DNA of 63,665 bases, filler included, from an uncultured Synergistales bacterium (GTDB taxonomy: Bacteria > Synergistota > Synergistia > Synergistales > Aminobacteriaceae): assembly GCA_937897575.1 (NCBI GenBank). It is 5 parts of 5 records of this genome, joined end to end, with 100 filler letters (N's around TTAATTAATTAA, not from the genome) between each part and the next. Parts side by side here need not be neighbours in the genome. Positions count along the whole stretch, not along the records: positions 41,762 to 62,109 come from CALCQG010000031.1; 4 more parts are not named here. One strand, 5' to 3'. Both the position numbers and the translations under genes were made by a program. This document shows positions 50,890 to 60,342 of this stretch, piece by piece. The notes under the pieces were generated by a model. That model was not told the DNA's origin and searched no databases. It worked only from the letters and a program-made list of their open reading frames with translations. Numbering within the stretch: position 1 is the first letter of the stretch; the number at the start of each line of letters is the position of its first letter.

Positions 50890-51470
50890 CCACCTTTGCC
50901 GTCCTCCTGTCCGGAAGGGGGACGAACATGCGGGCCATCGCGTCGGCCGTTCGGTCCGGGCGCCTCCGGGCCCAACTCTCCTTCGTGGCGAGCGACAGGG
51001 CCGATGCCCTCGGGCTGAGGGCGGCGGAGAGGATGGGCTTCGAGACGGCCGTCCTCCCGTACGACGCGGGACGGGCTGCGGGCGAAAAAGCCCTGGCCGC
51101 GCTGTGTACGGAGCGGAGGATCGAGTGGATCGTCCTCGCCGGGTTCATGCGGCTCCTCTCCCCGGCCTTCGTCGACGCCTACAGGAACCGCATCGTGAAC
51201 ATCCATCCGGCCCTCCTCCCCTCCTTCCCGGGGACCGACGGGATCGGCGATGCCTGGAGGCGGGGGGTCAAGGTGACGGGAGTCACGGTCCATCTGGTGG
51301 ACGAAGGGGTGGACACGGGGCCCATCCTGGCCCAGAAGGCGGTCCCGGTGAAGCCCGGTGACGAACGGGAGGACCTGGAGCGACGAATTCACCGGGCGGA
51401 GCACTTCCTGTACTGGCGGACACTCTCCGAGCTCTTCTCGGGGCGGGATTTGACGGCAAGGAGGAGATAG
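50886..51470 (+). CDS. purN: Phosphoribosylglycinamide formyltransferase
   Basis: SGRGTN, LAGFMR, NIHPALLP and GVTVHLVDEGVDTGP motifs. Confidence 0.96.
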   Translation: MTTFAVLLSGRGTNMRAIASAVRSGRLRAQLSFVASDRADALGLRAAERMGFETAVLPYDAGRAAGEKALAALCTERRIEWIVLAGFMRLLSPAFVDAYRNRIVNIHPALLPSFPGTDGIGDAWRRGVKVTGVTVHLVDEGVDTGPILAQKAVPVKPGDEREDLERRIHRAEHFLYWRTLSELFSGRDLTARRR

Positions 51471-51475
51471 ACATC

Positions 51476-53005
51476 ATGACCGTTCGACGGGCACTTATTT
51501 CAGTCTACGACAAGACGGGCATCGCCGATTTCGCGAGGGCGCTGGCCTCCTTGGGCTGGGAGATCCTTTCCAGCTCCGGGACGGCCTCCTTCTTGCGGGA
51601 GGCGGGCATCCCCGTCCAGGAGGTCGCCGACGTGACGGGGTTCCCCCATATCCTCGGCGGGCGGGTGAAGACCCTCCACCCGAAGATATTCGGCGGCATC
51701 CTCGCCCGACGGGATCAGGGGGCCGACATGAAGGACGTGGAGAGCTTCTCCATTCCCCTTCTCGACATGATCGTGTGCAACCTCTACCCCTTCGAGGAGA
51801 CGGCCCGCACAAAGCCGTCGCTGGACGTCCTGCTCGACAACATCGACATAGGGGGCGTCTCGCTCCTCCGGGCTGCGGCGAAGAACTTCCGGCAGGTGGC
51901 CGTCGTGTCGTCGCCCCGGGACTATGAGGCCGTCGTTCAGGAGCTGGAGTCCGAGGGGGATCTGACCCCGACGACGCGGGAACGGCTGGCCCTGGAGGCC
52001 TTCGCGGCCACCTCCCTCTACGACGGCACCATCGCGGCCGGCCTCGCCGCCGCGACGGGCGGCGATATGGAGGACCTGCCCGGCAGCCTTGCCCTTCCGC
52101 TCGCGAAGCGGCAGGACCTTCGCTACGGCGAGAACCCCCACCAGAAAGCGGCCCTCTACGCTCCCTCCCTGGCCGATTTCCCCTGGGAACAGCTCTCGGG
52201 CAAGCCCCTCTCCTACAACAACATCCTCGACGCGGACTGCGCCATGCGGGGGATCGCCCTCATGAACGACTGCTGCGGGGCCCTCGTCATCAAGCACACC
52301 ACGCCCTGCGGCATGGCAAAAGGGATGACGGTCCTCGAGGCCTATGAAAAGGCGGAGCGATGCGACCCCGTCTCGGCCTTCGGCGGTGTCGTCGGCCTGT
52401 CGAGGCCGGTGGACCTCGAGACGGGCCTCGCCATCGCCGAGCGGTTCACGGAGGTCCTTGTGGCGCCGGAGTACGACGACGAGACCATCCGCGTCCTCAG
52501 CGAGAAGAAACCCTCCCTGCGTATCCTGCGATGGCGCGGAGGACGTGTCTCTCCCCTGCAGTACACGGGGACCTGGAGCGGCCTGCTCGTCCAGGAGGAC
52601 TCCCTTCCGCCTCGTCCGTCGCCCGACAAAGGAGAGTGGGTGGGAACCCCGCGGATGGACCTCTGGGACGACCTGCTCTTCGCCTGGAAGGTCGCGGCGC
52701 TCTCGAAGAGCAACGCCATCGCCCTCGTCCGGGACGGCGAGGCCGTAGGCATCGGTCGCGGGTTCTGCAGCCGGCTCCACGCCGTGGAGTTTGCCGTCGC
52801 CCAGGCGAAGGATCGCGCTCCCAATTCCGTCCTCGCCTCGGACGCCTTCTTCCCCTTCCCCGACGGCGTCGAGGCGGCCGCGAAGGCGGGTGTGGCGGCC
52901 ATCATACAACCCGGCGGCTCCCTCCGGGACGATGCCGTCTTCGAGGCCGCGAAGACGCTGGGGGTCTCCATGTTCCTCAGCGGATGGCGGACCTTCCGGC
53001 ACTGA
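51476..53005 (+). CDS. purH: AICAR transformylase / IMP cyclohydrolase
   Basis: RALISVYDKTG, GRVKTLHP, LRYGENPHQ, SDAFFPF and RTFRH motifs. Confidence 0.96.
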   Translation: MTVRRALISVYDKTGIADFARALASLGWEILSSSGTASFLREAGIPVQEVADVTGFPHILGGRVKTLHPKIFGGILARRDQGADMKDVESFSIPLLDMIVCNLYPFEETARTKPSLDVLLDNIDIGGVSLLRAAAKNFRQVAVVSSPRDYEAVVQELESEGDLTPTTRERLALEAFAATSLYDGTIAAGLAAATGGDMEDLPGSLALPLAKRQDLRYGENPHQKAALYAPSLADFPWEQLSGKPLSYNNILDADCAMRGIALMNDCCGALVIKHTTPCGMAKGMTVLEAYEKAERCDPVSAFGGVVGLSRPVDLETGLAIAERFTEVLVAPEYDDETIRVLSEKKPSLRILRWRGGRVSPLQYTGTWSGLLVQEDSLPPRPSPDKGEWVGTPRMDLWDDLLFAWKVAALSKSNAIALVRDGEAVGIGRGFCSRLHAVEFAVAQAKDRAPNSVLASDAFFPFPDGVEAAAKAGVAAIIQPGGSLRDDAVFEAAKTLGVSMFLSGWRTFRH

Positions 53006-53013
53006 GACGGACC

Positions 53014-54327
53014 ATGAGCGACCGGATGAACGTCCTCGTGGTGGGGAGCGGGGCCAGGGAGCACGCCATCGTGTGGGCGCTCTCCCGTTCGGCCGTGGTG
53101 GGCGAGGTGCACGCCGCGCCGGGAAACCCCGGAATGGGGGCGGCCTTTCTTCACACCGTAGACGGGCTCACCCTTGCGGAGATCCTCCCCATCATCGAAC
53201 AGAACTTCATACAGATGGTGGTCATCGGGCCGGAAGCGCCCCTTGTGGCCGGCATGGCCGACGAGCTCCGGGCGAAGGGGCTGCTCGTCTTCGGCCCGGG
53301 GCGCGAGGGAGCCCTCCTCGAGGGGAGCAAGTCCCACGCGAAAAAGTTTATGGCGCGGCATGACGTCCCCACGGCGGACTGGGATCTCTGCACGACCGTC
53401 GCGGAGGCGAAGGCTGCCCTGGAGCGGAGACGACCGCCCTTCATCGTGAAGGCCGACGGCCTTGCCGCCGGGAAGGGCGTCTTTGTGACGGAGAGCATGG
53501 ACGAGGCCCTTGGGGCCGCGAAGGCGTTGATCGAGGACGGAGTCCTCGGCGAGGCGGGGCGGAAAGTCGTGATTGAGGACGGCCTTTCGGGCGACGAGGT
53601 GACGGTGCTTGTCCTGACCGACGGGGCGTCCTATCGCGTTCTGCCGCCGAGCCAGGACCACAAGAGGGTCTTCGACGACGACAGGGGGCCGAATACTGGA
53701 GGCATGGGCGCCTACGCTCCTGTGCCGTGGGTCGACGGCGCCCTTCTTCTGAAAATTAGGGAGCGAATCGTGGAACGGACGCTGAACGGGCTGAAGGCCG
53801 AGGGCACCCCCTACTGCGGGGTGCTCTACGCCGGGCTTATGGTGGACGATTCGGGCGAGCCCAGGGTGATCGAGTACAACGTCCGTTTCGGCGATCCCGA
53901 AGCCCAGGTCGTCCTGCCGCTCATTGAAGGGGACTTCGGCGAGCTGATCCGTTCCTGCTGCGAGGGGCGCCTCGCCGATTTCCCGTGGACGGAGCCGACG
54001 CGGTGGGCGGCCGACGTGGTCCTCGCCTCGGGTGGCTACCCCGGCCCCTTCGACAAGGGGCATGTCCTCACGGGGCTTGACCGTGCGGCGAACCTGGAGG
54101 ACGTGCTGCTCTTCCACGGCGGGACGTCCCGGACGCCGAACGGTGAGATCGTGACCTCGGGCGGTCGGGTCCTCAGCTGCGTCGGCCTCGGAAACACGCT
54201 CGAGGAGGCGCTGGCGAAGGCCTACAGTGGCGTGCAGAGCGTCTCCTTCGAGGGGATGCACTACCGGACGGACATCGGCAAAAAAGCCTTTCGGAGAACA
54301 GGGGGGAACGACAATGACGGAGCGTGA
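53014..54327 (+). CDS. purD: Phosphoribosylamine--glycine ligase
   Basis: GSGAREHA, GPEAPL, KADGLAAGKGV, QDHKR..GPNTGGMG and EYNVRFGDPE motifs. Confidence 0.96.
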   Translation: MSDRMNVLVVGSGAREHAIVWALSRSAVVGEVHAAPGNPGMGAAFLHTVDGLTLAEILPIIEQNFIQMVVIGPEAPLVAGMADELRAKGLLVFGPGREGALLEGSKSHAKKFMARHDVPTADWDLCTTVAEAKAALERRRPPFIVKADGLAAGKGVFVTESMDEALGAAKALIEDGVLGEAGRKVVIEDGLSGDEVTVLVLTDGASYRVLPPSQDHKRVFDDDRGPNTGGMGAYAPVPWVDGALLLKIRERIVERTLNGLKAEGTPYCGVLYAGLMVDDSGEPRVIEYNVRFGDPEAQVVLPLIEGDFGELIRSCCEGRLADFPWTEPTRWAADVVLASGGYPGPFDKGHVLTGLDRAANLEDVLLFHGGTSRTPNGEIVTSGGRVLSCVGLGNTLEEALAKAYSGVQSVSFEGMHYRTDIGKKAFRRTGGNDNDGA

Positions 54328-54850
54328 GAAGAGCGTCGAGGTGGGCGTTATCCTTGGGTCGAAGTCCGACCTGCCGCTGGTGAAGAAGGCCGAGGAGATC
54401 TTCGCCCTCTTCCGTATCCCCTGGGAGGTCACCATAGCCTCGGCGCACAGGACGCCCGATGACGTGGCATGCTACGCCGAGAGCGCGGCCCGCCGGGGCA
54501 TCCGGGTGCTCATCGCGGCGGCGGGGCTCTCGGCGGCCCTTCCCGGCGTCGTGGCCGCCCATACCTCCCTGCCCGTCATCGGCATCCCGGTGAGCTCGGG
54601 GACCCTCGGAGGAATCGACGCGCTGCTGGCCGTAACCCAGATGCCGCCGGGCGTACCCGTGGGATCCGTGGGCATCGACGGGGCGAGGAACGCTGCCCTC
54701 CTCGCCGTGCGCATTCTGGCCCTCATACGGCCGGAGCTCGGCGAAGAGCTTCGCGTGTGGAGGGCGAAAGAGGCGGAGGGCGTCCGAGCCTCCCGGTCGG
54801 CGCTCGACGGACTCCCCTGCCCTCCCGAGGAGACCCTCGAACGGCAATAG
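54314..54850 (+). CDS. purE: PurE (N5-CAIR mutase / AIR carboxylase)
   Basis: GSKSD, SAHRTP, AGLSAALPG, PVIGIP and QMPPGVPV motifs. Confidence 0.95.
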   Translation: MTEREKSVEVGVILGSKSDLPLVKKAEEIFALFRIPWEVTIASAHRTPDDVACYAESAARRGIRVLIAAAGLSAALPGVVAAHTSLPVIGIPVSSGTLGGIDALLAVTQMPPGVPVGSVGIDGARNAALLAVRILALIRPELGEELRVWRAKEAEGVRASRSALDGLPCPPEETLERQ

Positions 54851-54870
54851 TGATCCGGGACTGATCCATG

Positions 54871-54908
54871 AAGAGGCCGTCCGTCGCTCGAGCGACGGAC
54901 GGCCTCTT
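54871..54908. terminator. Perfect 38-bp palindrome between the convergent purE and argG genes; probable bidirectional terminator
   Basis: AAGAGGCCGTCCGTCGCTC|GAGCGACGGACGGCCTCTT. Confidence 0.7.
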
Positions 54909-54925
54909 GTATGCCGGCTGTTTCC

Positions 54926-56158
54926 CTACTGGGCCGGGATCTCGATGGCCTCTTTGGACTCGTGGACCTGGCGCCAGGTCTTGATGGGCAGCCCCCAGAT
55001 CTTGATGAAGCCGACGGCGGCCTCGTGGTCGAAGGCGTCGCCCTCGGAGTAGGTGGCCAGTCCATGGCTGTAGATGGAGTTGGGCGACCGGAGGCCGCGC
55101 ACCACGGCCTGTCCCTTGTAGAGGCGGACCTTGGCCACGCCCGAGACGTACTCCTGGGTCGTGTCGATAAAGGCGTTGATCGCCTCGCGCAGGGGGGAGA
55201 ACCAGTACCCCTCATAGGCAAGTTCGCCGAACTTGACCTCGAGCTCCTTCTTTGCGGCGAGCACCCGTTTGTCGAGGGAGATGGTCTCGAGAGCGCGGTG
55301 GGCCGTCAGAAGCGTGATGGCTCCCGGGCACTCGTAGACCTCGCGGCTCTTGAAGCCCACGAGCCTGTCCTCGAGCATATCGATCCGCCCCACGCCGTGC
55401 TTGCCCGCCCGTTCGTTCAGCGCGGCGATCAGGTCGGGGCCGTCCATCTTCGCCCCGTCCAGAGCGACGGGGATGCCCTTCTCGAAGGTGATCTCAATGA
55501 ACTCGGGCTCGTCGGGCGCATCCCAGGGGTCGCAGGTGAGGGTGTAGGCGTCGGAGGGCGGCTCGTTCCACGGGTCCTCCAGGATGCCGCACTCGATGGA
55601 TCGCCCCCAGATGTTGTCGTCGATGCTGTACGGCGACGACGAGGTGGCGAGGACGGGTATCCCGTGGGCCTCGGCGTACTCCATCTCGGCCTCGCGGGTA
55701 AAGTGCCAGTCCCGGACGGGGGCCAGCACCTGAAGGTCGGGGTTGAGCGCATTGGTGCAGACCTCGATACGGACCTGATCCTGCCCCTTCCCTGTGCAGC
55801 CGTGGGCGACGGCCACGGCGCCCTCCCGCTCCGCAATCTCGGCCATGACCTCGGCGATGAGCGGCCGCGACAGGGCGGAGTTCAGCGGGTAGGTCCCCTG
55901 GTACATGCCGTTGGCCTTGAGGGCGGGCCATACGAACTGGTCGACGAAGGGCTTCTTCAGGTCAAGGACGTAGGCCTTGATGGCCCCGCTCCGGAGGGCC
56001 TTGCTCCGCGCCGCCTCGAGGTCCACGGCCTGCTGCCCCACGTCGGCCGTCATGGTGATGACCTCGTACCCCTGCTCGGTGAGCCACATAGCGGCAACGG
56101 ACGTGTCGAGCCCGCCGCTGTATGCCAGTACAACCTTTCCCTTTTTCGTCATGCTCAT
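54926..56158 (-). CDS. argG: Argininosuccinate synthase
   Basis: LAYSGGLDTS, HGCTGKGQDQVR, YSIDDNIWGRSIE and GFKSREVYE motifs. Confidence 0.97.
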   Translation of the reverse strand: MSMTKKGKVVLAYSGGLDTSVAAMWLTEQGYEVITMTADVGQQAVDLEAARSKALRSGAIKAYVLDLKKPFVDQFVWPALKANGMYQGTYPLNSALSRPLIAEVMAEIAEREGAVAVAHGCTGKGQDQVRIEVCTNALNPDLQVLAPVRDWHFTREAEMEYAEAHGIPVLATSSSPYSIDDNIWGRSIECGILEDPWNEPPSDAYTLTCDPWDAPDEPEFIEITFEKGIPVALDGAKMDGPDLIAALNERAGKHGVGRIDMLEDRLVGFKSREVYECPGAITLLTAHRALETISLDKRVLAAKKELEVKFGELAYEGYWFSPLREAINAFIDTTQEYVSGVAKVRLYKGQAVVRGLRSPNSIYSHGLATYSEGDAFDHEAAVGFIKIWGLPIKTWRQVHESKEAIEIPAQ

Positions 56159-56184
56159 GCCCTCCCGATGGTTTCAGAATCAAC

Positions 56185-56290
56185 AAAAAAGCCCGCCCGA
56201 AGAGCGGCGTGCCATTTTTTCCACAACGACGCCGTGCCGGGGCACGGCCCCATGCACAGGCAAGTATATCGAATAATAAACATCTGTCAA
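56185..56290 (-). promoter_or_regulatory. argG promoter and structured leader containing an intrinsic terminator
   Basis: TTGACA (56290-56285)-16 nt-TATACT (56268-56263); hairpin at 56248-56231; terminator CCGCTC-TTC-GGGCGG-GC-T6 ending 26 nt before the ATG. Confidence 0.6.
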
Positions 56291-56305
56291 GTAATTACTA
56301 TTTAA

Positions 56306-57091
56306 TCACCTTAAGTTTATATTCTCGAGGTCTCCCTTCTGAAGAGCCTCCAGGGACGGATAGTGGGTCATGTCCATGTGAATCGGCGTCACCGAGACGT
56401 AGCCGTGCGCCACGGCCCACACGTCGCTCCCCTCGTCGAGCTGGTCCGCCACCCGCCCGGCCATGGAGAACAGGGTCCTCCCCTCGGGGTCCGTCCTGCG
56501 CGTTATCTTCTCCTCGTACTGACGGATGCCCTTCCTGGTGACCCTGATGCCCCGAATGGACGCGAGCGGCCGGTTCGGCACGTTGACGTTCAGGAGGACG
56601 TCCTTCGGAAGGGGCGTCGTCTCGATATGGGACAACAGGGTGAGGACCACCGCCGCCGCCGTTTCGTAGTGCCGCCGGGGATCCGCCTCCTCGCAGTTCA
56701 GCGAGACGGCGATGGAGCTGATGCCGAGAATGAGCCCCTCCATGGCCGCCGAGACGGTCCCGGAGTAGGTCAGGTCGTCGCCGAGGTTCGGGCCGCAGTT
56801 TATGCCCGAGAGCAGGATGTCCGGCTTCGGCAGCACCTCTTCGACGGCGAGGACGACGCAGTCCGACGGCGTCCCGTCGCAGGCCCGGACGGAGCAGCGC
56901 TCGGGGTATGGGCTTCTGTCCAGCATCCACAGACGGAGCGGCCGATTCAGCGTGATGGCATGGCCGATGCTGCTCCGCTCTCTGTCGGGCGCGACGACGA
57001 AGCATCGGTGCCCTCCCTCCGTGAGACGGGTGGCGAGGGCGATGATCCCCGGCGCGAAGACGCCGTCGTCGTTCGTCAGGAGGATGTCCAC
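56306..57091 (-). CDS. surE: 5'/3'-nucleotidase SurE
   Basis: ILLTNDDG, VVAP, GTPSDCV, SGIN.G.N and YSGTVSAAMEG motifs. Confidence 0.96.
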   Translation of the reverse strand: MDILLTNDDGVFAPGIIALATRLTEGGHRCFVVAPDRERSSIGHAITLNRPLRLWMLDRSPYPERCSVRACDGTPSDCVVLAVEEVLPKPDILLSGINCGPNLGDDLTYSGTVSAAMEGLILGISSIAVSLNCEEADPRRHYETAAAVVLTLLSHIETTPLPKDVLLNVNVPNRPLASIRGIRVTRKGIRQYEEKITRRTDPEGRTLFSMAGRVADQLDEGSDVWAVAHGYVSVTPIHMDMTHYPSLEALQKGDLENINLR

Positions 57092-57100
57092 GGTGCGCCT

Positions 57101-57709
57101 CTACGCGAGGATGAGCCGGAGCAGAACGTTCACCGCCGGGCCCATGATGGCCTGAATGGCGCCCGTCGCCACCAGGATCATGAGGATGAAGAAGCCGTAC
57201 TGCTCCAGCCAGTAGTATTTGCCGAGGAGCGACGAGGGCAGGGCGAGATAGAGCAGTTTGGAGCCGTCGAGGGGCGGGATGGGGATGAGGTTGAAGACGC
57301 CGAAGCTGATGTTGATGATGATCATCAGGAGGACGAGCTGTCTCAGGGCGACATTGGCGAGCAACTGCTCCGGGAAGAGACGGACGAGGAGGCCGACGAC
57401 GACGGCCGTCAGGAAGTTGCCCGAGACGCCTGCTATGGAGACGAGGAACATGTCGCGCTTGGGGTGCTTGAAATACCGAGGGTCGATGGGGACGGGCTTT
57501 GCCCAGCCGAAGCGGAAGAGAAGCAGCATGAGCGCCCCGATGGGGTCCAGGTGGTGCAGCGGGTTCATGCTCAGGCGCCCGGCCCGCTCGGCCGTCGGGT
57601 CGCCGAGCCTGTAGGCCATATAGCCGTGGCAGAACTCATGGAACGTTATGGCCCAGAGGACCGCTGGAAGGCTGAGAAGCAGATCGGCCAGAGCCGGTAG
57701 TCGAAACAT
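57101..57709 (-). CDS. Site-2 protease (M50) family protein
   Basis: HEFCH, GDPTA..GRLSMNP, GWAKPVP and FNLIPIPPLDG motifs. Confidence 0.92.
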   Translation of the reverse strand: MFRLPALADLLLSLPAVLWAITFHEFCHGYMAYRLGDPTAERAGRLSMNPLHHLDPIGALMLLLFRFGWAKPVPIDPRYFKHPKRDMFLVSIAGVSGNFLTAVVVGLLVRLFPEQLLANVALRQLVLLMIIINISFGVFNLIPIPPLDGSKLLYLALPSSLLGKYYWLEQYGFFILMILVATGAIQAIMGPAVNVLLRLILA

Positions 57710-57732
57710 GGTGATCACTCTCCTTGTGCGGG

Positions 57733-60342
57733 TTACAGGGGGAAATTGTCCTGTACGTACTGTCGTTCGTCGTCCTCCGTGGCGAGGAGGCCGTCGAGCC
57801 GGAGGAGCCGAAGGCGCTCCAGGATCATCCCTATGCGGGGCGACGGCTTGTAGCCCATCCGGACGAGGTCCGCCCCCCGGAGGGCACCGTGGAGCTCTCT
57901 GAGTTTCGTGAGGTACAGGAGGACCCTTCGCCGGACCCTCCACTGCTCCGTCGCCGCGCTCCAGAAGAGGCAGACCACCGGCGGGACGTCGTCAAGAAAG
58001 CGGACGATCTCCGAATTGGCCGGGGCGGTCTTGCCCCCAAGTTCCTTCTCCGCCGCCCGAAGCCCCGACAGGGCGGTCAGGACGGTGCGACGCTCGGCCT
58101 CGGTGAGGTTCAGCCGATCCAGAGCGGCGAAGGAGACATTCTCCGGCGATTCGGCAAGGAGGGCCGCCAGAAAGGCCAGCCAGAGGTCCCCCTTGAAATC
58201 GGGCAGGTCGCCCGCCATGCGCGTCCGGAAGGCCCCGAGGCGCCGGATTGCCAGCCGGCACGTGTCGCCGAGCCGGATGCCCGGGAAGAGGACATCCCAG
58301 ACGCCGATCTCCTCCAACCTGCGGACGGCGGGATAGGGAAAATGTTCGTCGAAGGTGATGACGAGCTCTCCCTGGAGCCGGAAGCCCGACAGCCGGGCCA
58401 GCAAGCCGGCCTTTATGCAGCTCTTGAGAAGCCGCATCGTGTTGTCGTCGAAGGAGAATCCAAGGCGTTGCTCCAGCCGGACGCCCCGGATGACCCGGGT
58501 GGGGTCCTCGACGAAGCTCAGGTTGTGGAGGGTGCGGAGCGTCTTGCGCGTCAGGTCGGCCCTGCCCGTGAAGAAGTCCACGAGGATACCCCAGGACGGG
58601 GCGTTGACGGACACGGCCATGGCGTTGATGGTGAAGTCACGCCGGTAGAGGTCGTGCTTCAGGGAATCGCTGTACACCTGGGGTTGGGCGACGGGAAATT
58701 CGTAAAACTCCCGTCGGGCCGTCGCCACGTCCACCTTGCGGTTGTCCTGGAAGACGATGGTCCCAGTCTTGTACTTGCCGTGCAGGGAGACCTTCACGCC
58801 GTCCTTCTCCCAGCTCCTGAGGTACTCGATGGCGTCCCCCTCCACCACGACGTCGAGGTCCACGTTCCTCCGGCCGAGGAGGAGATCCCGGACGATTCCA
58901 CCCACGATGTAGGCCTTCATGCCAAGCTTTTCCGCCCGTTCGCCCAGAGCATGCAGGAGGCGGAGCGTCCGCCCGTCAAGCTTCTCCTCCATGATTTCGC
59001 CCACGTCCTCCGTCCACGGCAGCAGAGCGAGGGAGTCCCGGTCCTCCTTCGGGACCGTCATGGGGTACAGGGCCTTCATGAGGTCCGTCCTGGTGACGAT
59101 GCCGACGATCTTGCGCCCGTCCACGACCGGGAGCCTGCCGATGCCGTGGGTCACCAGCAGCCTGTGCGCCTCGCGGATGGAGGCGTCCTTCGGGACGGTG
59201 ATGATGCCCTCGGACATGAACTCCCGCAGGAGCGTCTTGCCGAAGCCGTGAAGATGGGCCTTGTCCAGGTCCTTTCTCGTTATGAGGCCGAGAATGGACG
59301 GTCCCTTCGTCACAGGCAGGGCCGAGTGCCCGTATCGGAGCATGATCCGGTAGGCGTCGTCCACGGACACGTCGGGCTGCACCACCATGACGGGAGACGT
59401 CATGATGTCCCCCGCCGTCAGCGAGGAGCGGACGGCGGTCTGAAGCCTGCCCTCGATCTCCTTGATGAGGGACTGGGGCTTTCTGTCGCGCAGCGTCGCC
59501 GACGCGGCCTGGGCATGGCCTCCCCCGCCGAAGGACGAGAGAAAGGCCGAGATGTCCAGGATCTCCTCGTTGCTGCGCCCCACCAGATAGGTTCGGGTGT
59601 CCATCTGCACGGCGGCCACGGCTATGTCGGCGTCGAAATAGTCCCGCAGGCGGTGCACGAAGAGGGAGAGGCCGTCCACGTATTGAGGGGACGACGCCGT
59701 GGAGAGGGCGACCTTCGCCCCGTTGATGAACCGCACCCGGGCATTGGCCACGAGGTCGCCGAGGATCCGCCGCTCGGGGGCGGCCATGGTCAGCTCGATG
59801 TTCGAGGGCATGGACGCGAGATCGGCCCCGAGCTCCTTCATGCGGGCCACGGCGGCGAAATCCCTGGTGGTGGTCCCGGTGAAGGTGAGGCCGCCCGTGT
59901 CCTCGTAGATGCCGGTGGCGAAGAGGGTGGCCTCCGGCGGGGTGACGGCCAGGCCGCGCTCCGCCAGAATCTCCGTCATGAGGGTTGTCGTGGCGCCGAC
60001 GGGTTCGATGACGACCTGTTCGCCGTCGATATCGTCCCCGGCGGGCGGATGGTGGTCGTAGACGTGCACGGGAACAGCCCGGCGTCCGAGCAGGGAGGAG
60101 AAGGGGCCGATCCGGGATCTCGAGCGGGCATCCACCACGATGAGCATGGTCACCTCGTCGAATTTGACCTTTCTCGGCGAGAGCACCGTCCAGCGCGCGG
60201 CGTTTCTCTTGAGGAACTCACGCACCGTCCGGCTCGCGGCGCCGGAGAAGCAGAGGACGGCGCCGGGATAGAGCTTCTGCGCGGCGACCATGCTCGCGAG
60301 GGAGTCGAAGTCGCTGCCCGGATGGCTCGTGATGACCTTCAC
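57733..60342 (-). CDS. cca: DHH-DHHA1-CBS tRNA nucleotidyltransferase (CCA- or A-adding enzyme)
   Basis: GTG start; SDFD, YDHH, GIYEDTG, GGGH, CBS pair, VGGIVRD..DLDVV, DLYRRDFTINAMA and EDPTR. Confidence 0.9.
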   Translation of the reverse strand: MKVITSHPGSDFDSLASMVAAQKLYPGAVLCFSGAASRTVREFLKRNAARWTVLSPRKVKFDEVTMLIVVDARSRSRIGPFSSLLGRRAVPVHVYDHHPPAGDDIDGEQVVIEPVGATTTLMTEILAERGLAVTPPEATLFATGIYEDTGGLTFTGTTTRDFAAVARMKELGADLASMPSNIELTMAAPERRILGDLVANARVRFINGAKVALSTASSPQYVDGLSLFVHRLRDYFDADIAVAAVQMDTRTYLVGRSNEEILDISAFLSSFGGGGHAQAASATLRDRKPQSLIKEIEGRLQTAVRSSLTAGDIMTSPVMVVQPDVSVDDAYRIMLRYGHSALPVTKGPSILGLITRKDLDKAHLHGFGKTLLREFMSEGIITVPKDASIREAHRLLVTHGIGRLPVVDGRKIVGIVTRTDLMKALYPMTVPKEDRDSLALLPWTEDVGEIMEEKLDGRTLRLLHALGERAEKLGMKAYIVGGIVRDLLLGRRNVDLDVVVEGDAIEYLRSWEKDGVKVSLHGKYKTGTIVFQDNRKVDVATARREFYEFPVAQPQVYSDSLKHDLYRRDFTINAMAVSVNAPSWGILVDFFTGRADLTRKTLRTLHNLSFVEDPTRVIRGVRLEQRLGFSFDDNTMRLLKSCIKAGLLARLSGFRLQGELVITFDEHFPYPAVRRLEEIGVWDVLFPGIRLGDTCRLAIRRLGAFRTRMAGDLPDFKGDLWLAFLAALLAESPENVSFAALDRLNLTEAERRTVLTALSGLRAAEKELGGKTAPANSEIVRFLDDVPPVVCLFWSAATEQWRVRRRVLLYLTKLRELHGALRGADLVRMGYKPSPRIGMILERLRLLRLDGLLATEDDERQYVQDNFPL

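Noticed and set aside
56200..56225. TGGCAC in the argG leader as a T-box motif
   Set aside because: It lacks the GGTGGNACC consensus and there is no room for stem I.
56269..56284. CGAATAATAAACA as an ARG box
   Set aside because: The half-site spacing is one base shorter than TGAAT-N4-ATTCA and there are several mismatches.
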